From positions 1 through 27,146 of the forward strand of contig JBGOVD010000001.1 in the NCBI GenBank assembly GCA_041477935.1: a DNA stretch of 27,146 nucleotides, read 5' to 3'. Shown piece after piece: positions 13,898 to 23,661 of the stretch. A program made the translations under genes and the position numbers. The notes below the pieces were generated by a model. It was not told the DNA's origin and did not search any database. It saw only the letters and a program-made list of their open reading frames with translations. Source of the stretch: Dissulfurispiraceae bacterium. Its GTDB lineage: Bacteria > Nitrospirota > Thermodesulfovibrionia > Thermodesulfovibrionales > Dissulfurispiraceae. Position 1 is the first letter of the stretch. The number at the start of each line of letters is the position of its first letter.

Positions 13898-15529
13898 GTG
13901 AAAAAGGGGACCGCAGTCGTTCTTTATTTATTGATGCTCCTTTTCTCTACCGCTGAGCTCGCTTCAGCTGCCGAGGATGTTTTTGCTCCGGCGGACGCCG
14001 CAATGACCGCAAAGCAGTACCTCCAGGCCAGGGACCTCTATCGTCAGGTTTTTGTCGCTTCCAGGGAAGGCCCTGATGCCGCCAGGGCGCTGCTTGGGAT
14101 CGCAAAGGCCGATTATCATCTCAAAAATTATTATGAATCCGACATAAACCTGAAGCGTTTCTTTAAATCATTCAAAAACACGGCCCGCGCCGACGAAGCC
14201 CATCTTATATGGGGACTTGACCTTATGAACATTCACAAATATAAAGAAGCTGAAGAGCAGCTGGATCTTGTGAAAGGTGAATTTCAGGAGAAGGCGATTA
14301 TCGCAAAAGCAGAACTTGCGTTTATCCAGGGGGAGGCCGACAAGGCTGAAAAACTGCTCGCTAAGGTAGACCGCAAGGCTTATGAAAGCGACAACCGCGT
14401 CCTTTATATCAGGGCCATGATCCTGAGCTCGCAGGGAAAGCACGAGCAGGCGATCCAGACGATAAACAAAATCCAGGACCAGGCGCTGAAGGCGGAGAAC
14501 ATCGCTGTGAGCAAGGCTATCATTTATTATAATGCCCGCAAATATATCGATGCCAAGGACATGCTGACGGCCATCATAAATGCTCCGTCATCGAGGCTTG
14601 AGGCCATTCAGGCCAAGAGAACCCTGTTCCAGATTTACGATGCGGAAAACAACCAGGATGCGGCGCTTAAGCTGGCGATCGATATACTGAGTTATGATCC
14701 GACCGATGATCTGAGGCTGAAAGCTGTTTCTCTCTTCGAAAAAAAGGGAGATCCCGATTCGGCTTTCCGTTATTTGACATATCTCAAGAACAAGAAGATC
14801 TTATCAGACGAACTCGAAAAAAGGCTGAAGAAACTGCAGGATGAAAAGAACCCGAAGGCCGACGAATATTTGCTGAAATATTTCATCTATCTAAGCATCG
14901 ACAATCCTTATGTTATAGAGGCGGCAAAATATATGGATGAGAAAGGACACAATGAACAGGCCAGGCGGCTGCTCCAGAAGGCGGCAAGAGGCAGGAACGG
15001 CGCGGAGGCTTCGATGGTCCTTGCACGGATGCTGATGAAGGAAAAGAAGTTTTCTGAAGCGAAAAGATTGCTTACCCCTATAACAACTGATGCGAATTAT
15101 TCCGGACAGGCTTCGCTCCTTTTATACGAAATACTCGAAAAGGAAGGGAATGTCTCCGCAGCAGCGGAGTACCGGGCACGCGCCATAAGGGTCCTGGAGG
15201 TCCAGAAAGACTATTCAAGTGTCGGAGACCTCTACGTGAGGTCCGGCAACAATACGGAGGCCTTAAAGAATTATATGAGGGCTGCCAATAAGGGCGACGC
15301 CATTTCGATGTTGAAGGCGGCGGATTTGTATTATCTTTCCGGCAAGCATGACACTGCAAAGGTATATTATAAGAAGGCGATCGACAGCGGCATTAAAGAC
15401 CCTAAAAGTCTTCAGTGGGCTGACTATCAATATGGGAAACTCGCAAAAAGCGACGAGTACCTGAAAAAGGCCGAGGACGGCGGCGGTGCAGTCTCAGAGG
15501 CGGCCGGCTTGTTGCGATCTGGAAAATGA
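13898..15529 (+). CDS. Exported tetratricopeptide-repeat (TPR) protein, flagellar-cluster associated
   Basis: GTG start with SD. Sec-type signal peptide MKKGTAVVLYLLMLLFSTAELASA. Repeated TPR-like helices (ARALLGIAKADYHLKNY, AHLIWGLDLMNIHKYKEAEEQL, VGDLYVRSGNNTEALKNY, AADLYYLSGKHDTAKVYY). Stop overlaps the next start (ATGA). Confidence 0.75.
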   Translation: MKKGTAVVLYLLMLLFSTAELASAAEDVFAPADAAMTAKQYLQARDLYRQVFVASREGPDAARALLGIAKADYHLKNYYESDINLKRFFKSFKNTARADEAHLIWGLDLMNIHKYKEAEEQLDLVKGEFQEKAIIAKAELAFIQGEADKAEKLLAKVDRKAYESDNRVLYIRAMILSSQGKHEQAIQTINKIQDQALKAENIAVSKAIIYYNARKYIDAKDMLTAIINAPSSRLEAIQAKRTLFQIYDAENNQDAALKLAIDILSYDPTDDLRLKAVSLFEKKGDPDSAFRYLTYLKNKKILSDELEKRLKKLQDEKNPKADEYLLKYFIYLSIDNPYVIEAAKYMDEKGHNEQARRLLQKAARGRNGAEASMVLARMLMKEKKFSEAKRLLTPITTDANYSGQASLLLYEILEKEGNVSAAAEYRARAIRVLEVQKDYSSVGDLYVRSGNNTEALKNYMRAANKGDAISMLKAADLYYLSGKHDTAKVYYKKAIDSGIKDPKSLQWADYQYGKLAKSDEYLKKAEDGGGAVSEAAGLLRSGK

Positions 15530-16704
15530 CAGCGGACAAATCGGACCATATGGAGCAGCCAAAAGAACAAAATGACCAGGACATAGGGCTTTTAACCAGG
15601 GCGATCGAGAGCATCAATTCGGTTTCATCCACGCTGATGCAGTATTACCAAACCCTTGAAGACAGGGTCAAGGTGCTCACGGACGAGGTGGACCAGAAGA
15701 AACAGCTGCTCGACAGCATTCTGGACAGCATCGATGTCGGGGTTGTTTTTTTCGATAAGGACGGCGTCATCAGGCTGATTAACAAGGCGTCCGAAGGCTT
15801 ACTCGGCGTCGATTCTGGTACAATAGTGGGAGGAACGTCCCTTCATGCCGAGATAAACGAAGATATGGTAGTCCCTGAGGAGGGAAAGCCTTTTCATGCG
15901 CTGATTTCGAGCTCTGAAGTCAGCGGCGGCGCCGGCAGCACGATCGGGAAGGTGCTTATATTCAAGGATGTAACCAGGCTGAAGCGCCTCGAAGCTGAAA
16001 ACGAAAGGAATCGGAGACTTTCTGCCATGGGTGAACTGGTCATGAAGATTGCGCACGAAATCCGCAACCCCCTCGGGAGCATCGAACTTTTTGCGAATCT
16101 TCTGGCCAATGATCTGAAGGGGACGGAACAGGTCGATTATGCCAGACGAATTTCCAATTCTGTGCGTACACTGGTCAGTACCCTGGACAATATGCTCAGA
16201 TTTTCAGGCGAGATCAGGCCGAAGATGGAATACGGCTGCATCAACGATGTCGTGCGCGAGACGTGTGATGAATTCAGAGAGGTTCTGGCGGCAGGCGGTA
16301 TCGAGATCGAACTTTCCGACGACGGCAGGTATTCTTTCCATCTGGACAAGAACCTTATGCGGCAGGCGCTGATCAACATGGTCCTGAATGCCGTGCAGGC
16401 CATGCACGACGGCGGGAAGATAACGGTGCGTATAGAGCGGGACCCGGATCAAAGGGAAAGGCCTTTCTATGTCCGGATAGCTATCCGGGACAACGGCGCC
16501 GGTATGGATGAGGAGACGAAGGCGCGGCTTTTCGAGCCTTTCTTTTCCACGAAGGACAGGGGCACGGGCCTCGGGATGTCGATAACCCTGGGCATCGTCG
16601 CCGCCCATAAGGGAAGCATAGATGTGGACAGTTTTCCGGGCAGGGGCAGCGAATTTATCATTTCGCTGCCGACCGAAAAAAGAACTGACAAGAGGGTACA
16701 ATGA
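15526..16704 (+). CDS. Cytoplasmic PAS-domain sensor histidine kinase, FleS/FlrB-like
   Basis: N-terminal coiled coil, PAS-like LDSILDSIDVGVVFFDKDGVIRLINKA, H-box IAHEIRNPL, N-box LINMVLNAVQA, G1 DNGAGM, F-box FEPFFSTK and G2 GTGLGM. No transmembrane segment. Confidence 0.85.
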   Translation: MTADKSDHMEQPKEQNDQDIGLLTRAIESINSVSSTLMQYYQTLEDRVKVLTDEVDQKKQLLDSILDSIDVGVVFFDKDGVIRLINKASEGLLGVDSGTIVGGTSLHAEINEDMVVPEEGKPFHALISSSEVSGGAGSTIGKVLIFKDVTRLKRLEAENERNRRLSAMGELVMKIAHEIRNPLGSIELFANLLANDLKGTEQVDYARRISNSVRTLVSTLDNMLRFSGEIRPKMEYGCINDVVRETCDEFREVLAAGGIEIELSDDGRYSFHLDKNLMRQALINMVLNAVQAMHDGGKITVRIERDPDQRERPFYVRIAIRDNGAGMDEETKARLFEPFFSTKDRGTGLGMSITLGIVAAHKGSIDVDSFPGRGSEFIISLPTEKRTDKRVQ

Positions 16705-18005
16705 AATCGGTTTTGATAGTTGATGACGAAATTGACATGGCGACAGCTCTGAAGGAGACGATGAAACGCTTCGGATTCAGTCCTACGGTCTACAATAATC
16801 CTGTCGATGCCCTCTCTAAAGAAAATATCGCGGACTACTCACTTGTAATTACAGACATGAAGATGCCGAAGATGAACGGCATAGAATTCCTCCAGGAGAT
16901 ACGAAAAAAGGGCCTCTTCATCCCGGTCATCGTCATTACCGGGTACGGCACGGTTGAGAGCGCGGTCGATGCCATGAAACTCGGGGCGACCGATTACATC
17001 ATGAAACCTGTATCTTTCGATGCGCTGAAAAGGACCGTGGACAGGATACTCCCGGCAGACAACAGCGATCTGGTAGCCGAGTCTTCAGTCATGAAAAAAC
17101 TCATGTCGATCATCCGGGAGGTTGCGAAGAGCGATATTACGGTCCTGCTTGCCGGCGAAAGCGGCACCGGCAAAGAGATCATCGCAAAGACGATACATAA
17201 ATACAGCAACAGGAATATCAAGCCCTTTGTAGCGGTCAATTGCGCCGCGATTTCGGAGAACCTTCTCGAATCCGAGCTTTTCGGTCATGAAAGAGGCTCT
17301 TTTACCGGTGCAGTCGAAAGGAGGCTTGGAAAATTCGAGCTTGCAAACGGAGGAACACTCCTGCTTGACGAAATCAGCGAAATGGCCTTCTCTCTCCAGG
17401 CCAAGCTCCTCAGGGCCATACAGGAGCGCGAGATCGACCGGATCGGCGGCAAGACACCGGTCAAGCTCGATGTCAGGATAATAGCTACTACCAATAAGGA
17501 CCTGATGACAGAGGTCAAGAAGGGGACCTTCAGGGAGGACCTCTATTACCGGCTGAATGTCTTCCCGGTTAGAATCCCGCCGCTGCGGGAACGTCCGGAA
17601 GATATACTTCCGCTGGCGGAATTTTTTCTCCAGCGGCTTTCCCAAAAGATGGGAAAAATTTTCTCTATTTCAGGGGAATTGAGAAATTATCTGCTGAATA
17701 ACGCATGGGCGGGCAATGTCAGGGAGCTCGAAAATTTCATGTACAGGACCGCCGTAATATCCGGGACCGACAACCTGATGCCTCCTGTCGACAGCATTCC
17801 TTCTGCGTCAGGGACTGAGCAGGCGCCTTATGCGGCCAAGGTGGGCCGCATGAAGGACGTCGAAAGGGACCTGATCATCAAGACCCTCAGGGAGACCGGC
17901 AACAACAGGACAAAGGCTGCCGATGTGCTCGGTGTGAGTGTAAGGACGATCAGGAACAAATTAAAGGATTACAACATAACGGCCGATGAGATTAAAGGGA
18001 CGTAA
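16701..18005 (+). CDS. sigma54-dependent response regulator (REC-AAA+-HTH), FleR/FlrC-like
   Basis: Receiver VLIVDDE...ITDMKMP, GESGTGKE, ESELFGHERGSFTGA, LLDEISE, FREDLYYRLNV and HTH NRTKAADVLGVSVRTIRNKL. Coupled to the kinase gene and directly upstream of flgB. Confidence 0.88.
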   Translation: MKSVLIVDDEIDMATALKETMKRFGFSPTVYNNPVDALSKENIADYSLVITDMKMPKMNGIEFLQEIRKKGLFIPVIVITGYGTVESAVDAMKLGATDYIMKPVSFDALKRTVDRILPADNSDLVAESSVMKKLMSIIREVAKSDITVLLAGESGTGKEIIAKTIHKYSNRNIKPFVAVNCAAISENLLESELFGHERGSFTGAVERRLGKFELANGGTLLLDEISEMAFSLQAKLLRAIQEREIDRIGGKTPVKLDVRIIATTNKDLMTEVKKGTFREDLYYRLNVFPVRIPPLRERPEDILPLAEFFLQRLSQKMGKIFSISGELRNYLLNNAWAGNVRELENFMYRTAVISGTDNLMPPVDSIPSASGTEQAPYAAKVGRMKDVERDLIIKTLRETGNNRTKAADVLGVSVRTIRNKLKDYNITADEIKGT

Positions 18006-18015
18006 TCGGAGCGTC

Positions 18016-18031
18016 AGGTATATAAATTGCA
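18016..18031 (+). promoter_or_regulatory. sigma54 promoter of the flgB operon
   Basis: AGGTAT-ATAAA-TTGCA keeps the GG-N10-GC spacing. Intergenic, 57 bp before flgB. Confidence 0.7.
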
Positions 18032-18087
18032 TGTAATAAGAAGGGAAAAGCTTATTCCCCGACCCTTTTTCTTTATGGAGGAGATGT

Positions 18088-18429
18088 ATGCCGGACAATA
18101 CGTTTAAGATGCTCGAAAATATCATGGATGTGGCCTCATTCAGGCAGAAGATATTGACTTCAAACATAGCTAATGCGGATACGCCGGGATACAGGGCCAG
18201 GGACATATCCTTTCAATCCGAACTGGACAAGGCTGTTAGCGGGCCGAAGGGGAATTACGCTGTTTTCGAAACGGTCCCCACGATGATAACCCGTGATGGT
18301 AATACAGTCAGCATAGACAGCGAAATGACTAAAGTGGCTGAAAACCATCTGCTTTACAATAGCGCAGCCCAGATATTGGCTATGAAATTCAGGATGATGA
18401 AGGATGTGGCTAAAGGAGGCGCTCAATAA
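18088..18429 (+). CDS. flgB: Flagellar basal-body rod protein FlgB
   Basis: RQKILTSNIANADTPGYRARDISF and RDGNTVSIDSEM. SD GGAGG. Confidence 0.92.
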   Translation: MPDNTFKMLENIMDVASFRQKILTSNIANADTPGYRARDISFQSELDKAVSGPKGNYAVFETVPTMITRDGNTVSIDSEMTKVAENHLLYNSAAQILAMKFRMMKDVAKGGAQ

Positions 18430-18836
18430 TGAATGAAATGTTTTTACCCATGCAGGTCAGCTCAACGGCGCTTGAGGCGCAGAAGATCAGGCTGAATGTC
18501 ATTGCCTCGAACATTGCAAATGCCTCTTCAACTAAGACCCCGGAAGGTGGCCCGTACCGGCGCAAGGATGTCCTTTTCAAGACGGTCATGTTTGGAGAAA
18601 CAGGAGCAGGCGTCGAAGTCCCTCAGGTTATCGAGGACCAGGCGCCCTTCAGGACGGTATTCGATCCGAATCATCCTGATGCGGACAAAAAAGGCTTCGT
18701 TTCGTACCCGAATATCAATGTTCTGACGGAAATGGTCAATTTAATGACGGCCCAGAGGTCCTACGAGGCTAATCTGACTATGATTACATCTTACAAAGAC
18801 ATGTATATGAGGACGCTGGATATCCTTAAGGTATAA
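18429..18836 (+). CDS. flgC: Flagellar basal-body rod protein FlgC
   Basis: AQKIRLNVIASNIANA..T.TPEGGPYRRKDV, FDPNHPDAD.KGFVSYPNIN...EMVNLMTAQRSYEAN. TAATG overlap with flgB. Confidence 0.95.
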   Translation: MNEMFLPMQVSSTALEAQKIRLNVIASNIANASSTKTPEGGPYRRKDVLFKTVMFGETGAGVEVPQVIEDQAPFRTVFDPNHPDADKKGFVSYPNINVLTEMVNLMTAQRSYEANLTMITSYKDMYMRTLDILKV

Positions 18837-18894
18837 ATACCCCTCTCGCTCCTCCTATTATTCAGGGAGGATTGGTGGGGTAAAAGGAGGCACT

Positions 18895-19188
18895 ATGAAC
18901 GAAATTAAAATAATAGGAGAGATCAGCCAAAAGATTGCCGAGCCCCAGCAGGCAGGCAAAAAGCCGGGTGTTTCCTTCGAAGACGCTATAAAGGACGCAC
19001 TGAAGGATGTTTCTCAAATCCAGAATGATGCCGAGAAGGCCATCCAGGGCTTTGCAAATGGTGAGGTAAAGGATATCCAGACGGTTGTGGTAGCCATGGA
19101 AAAGGCCGACCTTTCGCTGCAGACTCTTCTGTCGGTAAGAAACCGGCTCATCAGCGCTTATCAGCAGATTTCAAACATGCAGGTATAA
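18895..19188 (+). CDS. fliE: Flagellar hook-basal body protein FliE
   Basis: SFEDAIKDAL...DIQTVVVAMEKADLSLQTLLSVRNRLISAYQQISNMQV. SD AAGGAGG. Confidence 0.93.
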   Translation: MNEIKIIGEISQKIAEPQQAGKKPGVSFEDAIKDALKDVSQIQNDAEKAIQGFANGEVKDIQTVVVAMEKADLSLQTLLSVRNRLISAYQQISNMQV

Positions 19189-19218
19189 AGGCATATAACC
19201 TGAAACGAAGGGGATAGA

Positions 19219-20760
19219 ATGGCACTGAAAGACGTCGTTGATCGATTCATAGCGTGGCCTTTGAAGAATAAGCTGGCACTCTTGTCGGTCATAGCCCTTT
19301 GTATCGCGATAGTTGCTGGGATGATGATGTGGAGCCAGAAGGTCGACTTTCAGGTCCTGTACAGCAATCTTACACAGGAAGACGCGGGACAGGCAATCGC
19401 TAAGCTGAAGGAGATGAAAGTCCCTTACAAGGTTGACGGGAATTCGATTTCCGTTCCGTCCGATAAAGTCTATGAACTCAGGCTCGAACTTGCCTCCCAG
19501 GGAATTCCGCAGGGAGGGGGCATAGGCTATGAGATTTTCGATAAGAACCAATTCGGCGTTACCGAATTTGTCCAGAGACTCAACTATGTAAGGGCGCTTC
19601 AGGGCGAACTTGCCCGTACCATACGGACTCTCACAGAGGTGGACCAGGCCAGGGTGCATATCGCCGTTCCGGAAAAGACCATCTTTACGGATAAAGAAGA
19701 CAAGCCAACTGCATCAGTAGTGCTTAAGCTGAAGGGCGGAAGGACGCTGAACCAGGGACAGATAGGCGGCATCGTTCACCTTGTTTCAAGCAGCGTCGAA
19801 GGTTTGCCGCCCGGCAATGTCTCGGTAATCGACAATATGGGCAATCTTCTGTCGAGGCCGGCTGACGGCGGCGATATGGTCGTAGACGCCAAGCAGCTGG
19901 AATACCAGAAGACGGTTGACCGCGAATATGAATCCAAGCTGCAGAGCATGCTCGAAGGCATCATAGGGAGAGGCAAGGCCATCGTAAGGGTTTCAACGAA
20001 GATAGATTTTTCGAAGGTGGAGCGGACTGAAGAGAAGTTCGACCCCGATACAATAGCGATCAAGAGCGAGCAGACAACCCAGGAAAAATCAGTGGGATCC
20101 ACACAGGGCGGCGTGCCGGGAGTGGCATCGAACCAGCCCGGTCAGCAGCCCGCGCCTGCAGCCGGCGCGCCTTCCGCATCGCAGAAGCAGACTGCGAGCG
20201 CAAATTATGAAGTCAGCCGTGTCGTAAGCAAGATAATTGAGCCGAGGGGAATCGTCAAGAGCCTATCGGTGGCCGTGCTGGTCGACGGGACTTATGGCAA
20301 GGCCCAGGGCGCCCAGAAAGGCGCCTTTGTTGCCAGGAACGAGCAGGAGATGAAAAAATACGACGATATCGTCAAGGCTGCCATTGGTTTTGATAAAAAC
20401 CGCGGCGATCAGGTCATTGTCGAAAATGTTCCTTTCGAGACACCGCTTGAAGAGATGGTGGCGGAGAAAACGGATTACCTCAGGCTCGCGCTTTCATTGC
20501 TGAAATATATTATTCCGATCGGTGTAATACTTCTGCTGTTCACGATGGTCATCAAGCCATTGCTCAAAACCCTCAACGCTCCCATGACCTACAGGATGCC
20601 GGAAGGCATGCCTTCCCCCGGAGCACCGGCAGGACCGGGAGGCTTTGCATATGCTCCACCGCCTGCTCCTGAGGACATCTCCAAGGAAAAGGCGCTCAGC
20701 ATAGTCAACAGCAATCCGAAACAGGCCGCCAACGTCGTCAAGGAATGGCTGCAGGAATAG
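19219..20760 (+). CDS. fliF: Flagellar MS-ring protein FliF
   Basis: Two TM segments, LYSNL, RLELASQGIP, GYEIFD...FGVTEF, RALQGELARTI, ARVHIAVP, PTASVVL and SVAVLVDG. Confidence 0.95.
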   Translation: MALKDVVDRFIAWPLKNKLALLSVIALCIAIVAGMMMWSQKVDFQVLYSNLTQEDAGQAIAKLKEMKVPYKVDGNSISVPSDKVYELRLELASQGIPQGGGIGYEIFDKNQFGVTEFVQRLNYVRALQGELARTIRTLTEVDQARVHIAVPEKTIFTDKEDKPTASVVLKLKGGRTLNQGQIGGIVHLVSSSVEGLPPGNVSVIDNMGNLLSRPADGGDMVVDAKQLEYQKTVDREYESKLQSMLEGIIGRGKAIVRVSTKIDFSKVERTEEKFDPDTIAIKSEQTTQEKSVGSTQGGVPGVASNQPGQQPAPAAGAPSASQKQTASANYEVSRVVSKIIEPRGIVKSLSVAVLVDGTYGKAQGAQKGAFVARNEQEMKKYDDIVKAAIGFDKNRGDQVIVENVPFETPLEEMVAEKTDYLRLALSLLKYIIPIGVILLLFTMVIKPLLKTLNAPMTYRMPEGMPSPGAPAGPGGFAYAPPPAPEDISKEKALSIVNSNPKQAANVVKEWLQE

Positions 20761-20764
20761 AGCC

Positions 20765-21745
20765 ATGAGAAAGCTCTCGGGGGTCGAAAAGGCCGCAGCG
20801 TTTCTCTCGCTGATTGGTGAAGATGCTGCAACTCAGGTATTTAAGCACCTGGATCCTCTCGACCTGGCGCGTGTCATTCCCATGATGGCAAAGGTCAAGA
20901 TACCTCAGGAACTTGCCGACACGGTCCTAGAGGACTTTTGTGTCAAGACCGGCAGTGTCATGCAGGGGGTCGATGAGGCGTATATCAAGGATGTCCTCGT
21001 AAAGGCTTTCGGCCCGGATAGTGCAAAAAAACTTTTCGAAAAGATTGAGAGCGGCGCCAGTGCTTTTGACGTGCTCAGGTGGCTCGATACCGGGGCCATT
21101 GCCAATATGCTCTCAAGGGAGCACCCCCAGACGATTGCAATCATACTGGCTCATCTGGAACCTACGCAGGCCGCTGAAGTCTTGGCGAAGCTTCCTGAAA
21201 ACCTGAAGATCGACGTCTCTCTGAGGATCGCGAGCCTTGACCAGATCTCTCCCTCTATCCTCGTCGATCTGGAAGATGTCCTCCAGTCGCAGCTGCAAAG
21301 CTATACGAGGGGCAAGAAGATCGGTGGCATCAGGACGGTTTCCGAAATCCTGAACCAGATGGACAGGGCCTCCGAAGACCTTATTCTTAAAAATATCGAA
21401 GAGAAGGACCAGATACTTGCCGACGAGATAAGAAAGCTGATGTTCACCTTCGACGACCTCATCTCCATCGACGACAAGGGCATCCAGATGGTGCTCAAGG
21501 AGATCACCACCGACGACCTCTCGCTTGCGCTGAAGATGGCTGTCGACGAACTGAAGGCAAAGATTTTCAAGAATATGTCTCAGCGCGCTGTGCAGATACT
21601 CAAGGAAGAGATCGAGGCCAAAGGTGCGGTAAAGGTGTCCGATGTCGAAAAGGCCCAGATGAATATCGTAAGAGTTGCGAGAAGGCTGGAAGAGGAAGGC
21701 AAGATAGTGATCGGAGGAAAGGGTGGCGAAGAACTCATCGGCTGA
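20765..21745 (+). CDS. fliG: Flagellar motor switch protein FliG
   Basis: LSGVEKAAAFL..IGE, EHPQTIA, MFTFDDL, NMSQRA and VEKAQ..IV...RRLEEEGKI. Confidence 0.95.
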   Translation: MRKLSGVEKAAAFLSLIGEDAATQVFKHLDPLDLARVIPMMAKVKIPQELADTVLEDFCVKTGSVMQGVDEAYIKDVLVKAFGPDSAKKLFEKIESGASAFDVLRWLDTGAIANMLSREHPQTIAIILAHLEPTQAAEVLAKLPENLKIDVSLRIASLDQISPSILVDLEDVLQSQLQSYTRGKKIGGIRTVSEILNQMDRASEDLILKNIEEKDQILADEIRKLMFTFDDLISIDDKGIQMVLKEITTDDLSLALKMAVDELKAKIFKNMSQRAVQILKEEIEAKGAVKVSDVEKAQMNIVRVARRLEEEGKIVIGGKGGEELIG

Positions 21746-22355
21746 TAAGAAGAAGACTGATACGGCCGTGCTTTACGTGCCTGCCAGATTCGACCAGTTG
21801 AATGCCGAAACAGGCAGGATCAATGACGCTGAAAATAAGGCCGAAACGCTCAGGAAATCAGAAGCCGAGGGCTTCGACAAGGGGTACGCCGCAGGTATTG
21901 AGCAGGGGATCAGGGCCGGGCAGAAAGAGATCGCCGAAAGACTCAGTCGGCTTGATTCCGTCATCTCTGAATTGGACCATGTTAAGGAAAGGAAGATCCA
22001 GGAAATACTGCCCGAAATCGTCGATCTGTCCCTCGAAATCGCCAGGAAAATAGTACACAGGAAAATCGAACAGGACCGGGAGATTATAGTTACGGTCGTT
22101 CGCGAGGCGGTGAAAAAAATCGGCAGGGAAGAGAAGATGCTTATCAGGGTGAACCCGGCCGATTACGATACGATGATATCGAATCTCGAAGTGCTCAGGG
22201 AAGAGTCGAGGCTCAAGGACATTACCATCGAGCCGTCGGAATCCGTAACGCCTGGGGGCTGTTATATCGAGACCCCGACGGCGGAAGTGGATGCGAGAAT
22301 CGAAGAGCAGATCAGGGAGCTGCGAGATGCAATCACCACAGCACTTGATAGCTAA
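21723..22355 (+). CDS. fliH: Flagellar export protein FliH
   Basis: GxxxG repeats (AEGFDKGYAAGIEQGIRAG), IRVNPADY and GGCYIET...VDARIE. GTG start with GGAGG 5 nt upstream. Lies between fliG and fliI. Confidence 0.88.
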   Translation: MAKNSSADKKKTDTAVLYVPARFDQLNAETGRINDAENKAETLRKSEAEGFDKGYAAGIEQGIRAGQKEIAERLSRLDSVISELDHVKERKIQEILPEIVDLSLEIARKIVHRKIEQDREIIVTVVREAVKKIGREEKMLIRVNPADYDTMISNLEVLREESRLKDITIEPSESVTPGGCYIETPTAEVDARIEEQIRELRDAITTALDS

Positions 22356-23661
22356 GTGTAAAAACTTTGTCAGGGAAGCCGACCCGATAAAGGTATACGG
22401 TCGGGTCGATAAAGGGGTAGGCCTTGTTATCGAAGGCCTCGGCCCAAGGGCCAATATCGGGGACATCTGCCTCATACAGCCGAGCGAATGGGTAAAAGAT
22501 GAATTCGTCGAGGCCGAGGTCATCGGATTCAAGGAAGACAAGATACTCCTGATGCCGCTGCAGGAAATGAGGGGAATCGGCCCGGGATCGAGGATCATCG
22601 CCCGGGGAAGACAGAGGTATGTCAGGGTGGGAGAGGAGATCCTCGGCCGCGTCATCGACGGGCTCGGTAATCCCATGGACGGCAAAGGGCATATCAACGG
22701 ACAGTTGTATCCGATATACCAGGAGCCGATCAATCCGCTCCTTAGAAGGCGCATAACAGAGCCCCTCGATCTCGGAATCAGGGCCATAAATTCGCTGCTC
22801 ACATGCGGCAAAGGTCAGAGGATAGGAATAATGGCCGGCAGCGGCGTCGGCAAGAGCGTGCTGCTCGGCATGATGGCCCGCAATACAGAGGCGGATGTAA
22901 ATGTAATAGCCCTGATAGGCGAGCGCGGCAGGGAAGTCAGGGAGTTCATCGAAAAAGACCTCGGCGAAGAAGGTTTGAAGCGGTCTGTTCTCGTAGTCGC
23001 CACTTCGGATACGTCTCCGCTTGCACGTCTAAGAGGAGCATTTCTGGCTATTGCAGTGGCTGAGTATTTCAGGTCTATCGGCAAGGACGTGCTTTTCATG
23101 ATGGACTCGCTTACGAGGTTCGCCATGGCCCAGAGGGAGATCGGCCTGGCGGCAGGTGAACCGCCTACCACCAAGGGATATCCCCCATCGGCTTTCAATC
23201 TCCTGCCCAAACTTCTGGAAAGGGCCGGGAACAGTGATGGAGAGGGGACGATAACGGGGCTCTTCACGGTCCTCGTCGAAAGCGATGACATGAACGATCC
23301 CATAGCCGACGCGGCGCGTGCTATTCTGGACGGGCATATCGTTCTTTCAAGGGAGCTTGCGAACCATAACCATTATCCTGCGATTGATGTCCTGCAGAGC
23401 GTCAGCAGGTTGATGAAGGACATTGTCGGCGACGACCAGCGTCTTTATGTCGAGAAGGTGCTTGATGTCATGGCCACTTATAAGCGTTACGAGGATGTTA
23501 TTACCATAGGAGCATACAAAGAAGGTACGAACCCAAAGCTCGATTTCGCCATCGGGATGATGGAGAAGGTCAGGCCATTCCTGAAACAGCGCATTGCTGA
23601 AAAGGTCACATTCGGTGAAGGGCTGGCTCAGCTTCGCACCATATTTGGAGAGACTGCATGA
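22327..23661 (+). CDS. fliI: Flagellum-specific export ATPase FliI
   Basis: GQRIGIMAGSGVGKS, ALIGERGREV, MDSLTRFAMAQREIGL..GEPPTTKGY and ILDGHIVLSR.LA..NHYPAID. Start placed at ATG 22327 (SD AGGGAG) rather than ORF-track 22291. Confidence 0.95.
   Translation: MQSPQHLIAKCKNFVREADPIKVYGRVDKGVGLVIEGLGPRANIGDICLIQPSEWVKDEFVEAEVIGFKEDKILLMPLQEMRGIGPGSRIIARGRQRYVRVGEEILGRVIDGLGNPMDGKGHINGQLYPIYQEPINPLLRRRITEPLDLGIRAINSLLTCGKGQRIGIMAGSGVGKSVLLGMMARNTEADVNVIALIGERGREVREFIEKDLGEEGLKRSVLVVATSDTSPLARLRGAFLAIAVAEYFRSIGKDVLFMMDSLTRFAMAQREIGLAAGEPPTTKGYPPSAFNLLPKLLERAGNSDGEGTITGLFTVLVESDDMNDPIADAARAILDGHIVLSRELANHNHYPAIDVLQSVSRLMKDIVGDDQRLYVEKVLDVMATYKRYEDVITIGAYKEGTNPKLDFAIGMMEKVRPFLKQRIAEKVTFGEGLAQLRTIFGETA

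Noticed and set aside
17290-17310. GSFTGA instead of GAFTGA in the FleR-like protein
   Set aside because: This is a conservative variant at a tolerant position; the F, T and G residues, Walker motifs and arginine finger are intact. It is not evidence of inactivity.
17596-17612. Palindrome CGGAAG-ATATA-CTTCCG inside fleR as an enhancer for flgB
   Set aside because: Its spacing differs from the fliK sites, it lies ~440 bp from the promoter, and the conserved PEDILP codons explain it.
19189-19204. AGGCAT-ATAAC-CTGAA before fliF as a sigma54 promoter
   Set aside because: The -12 position reads GA, not GC, and there is too little room before the SD.
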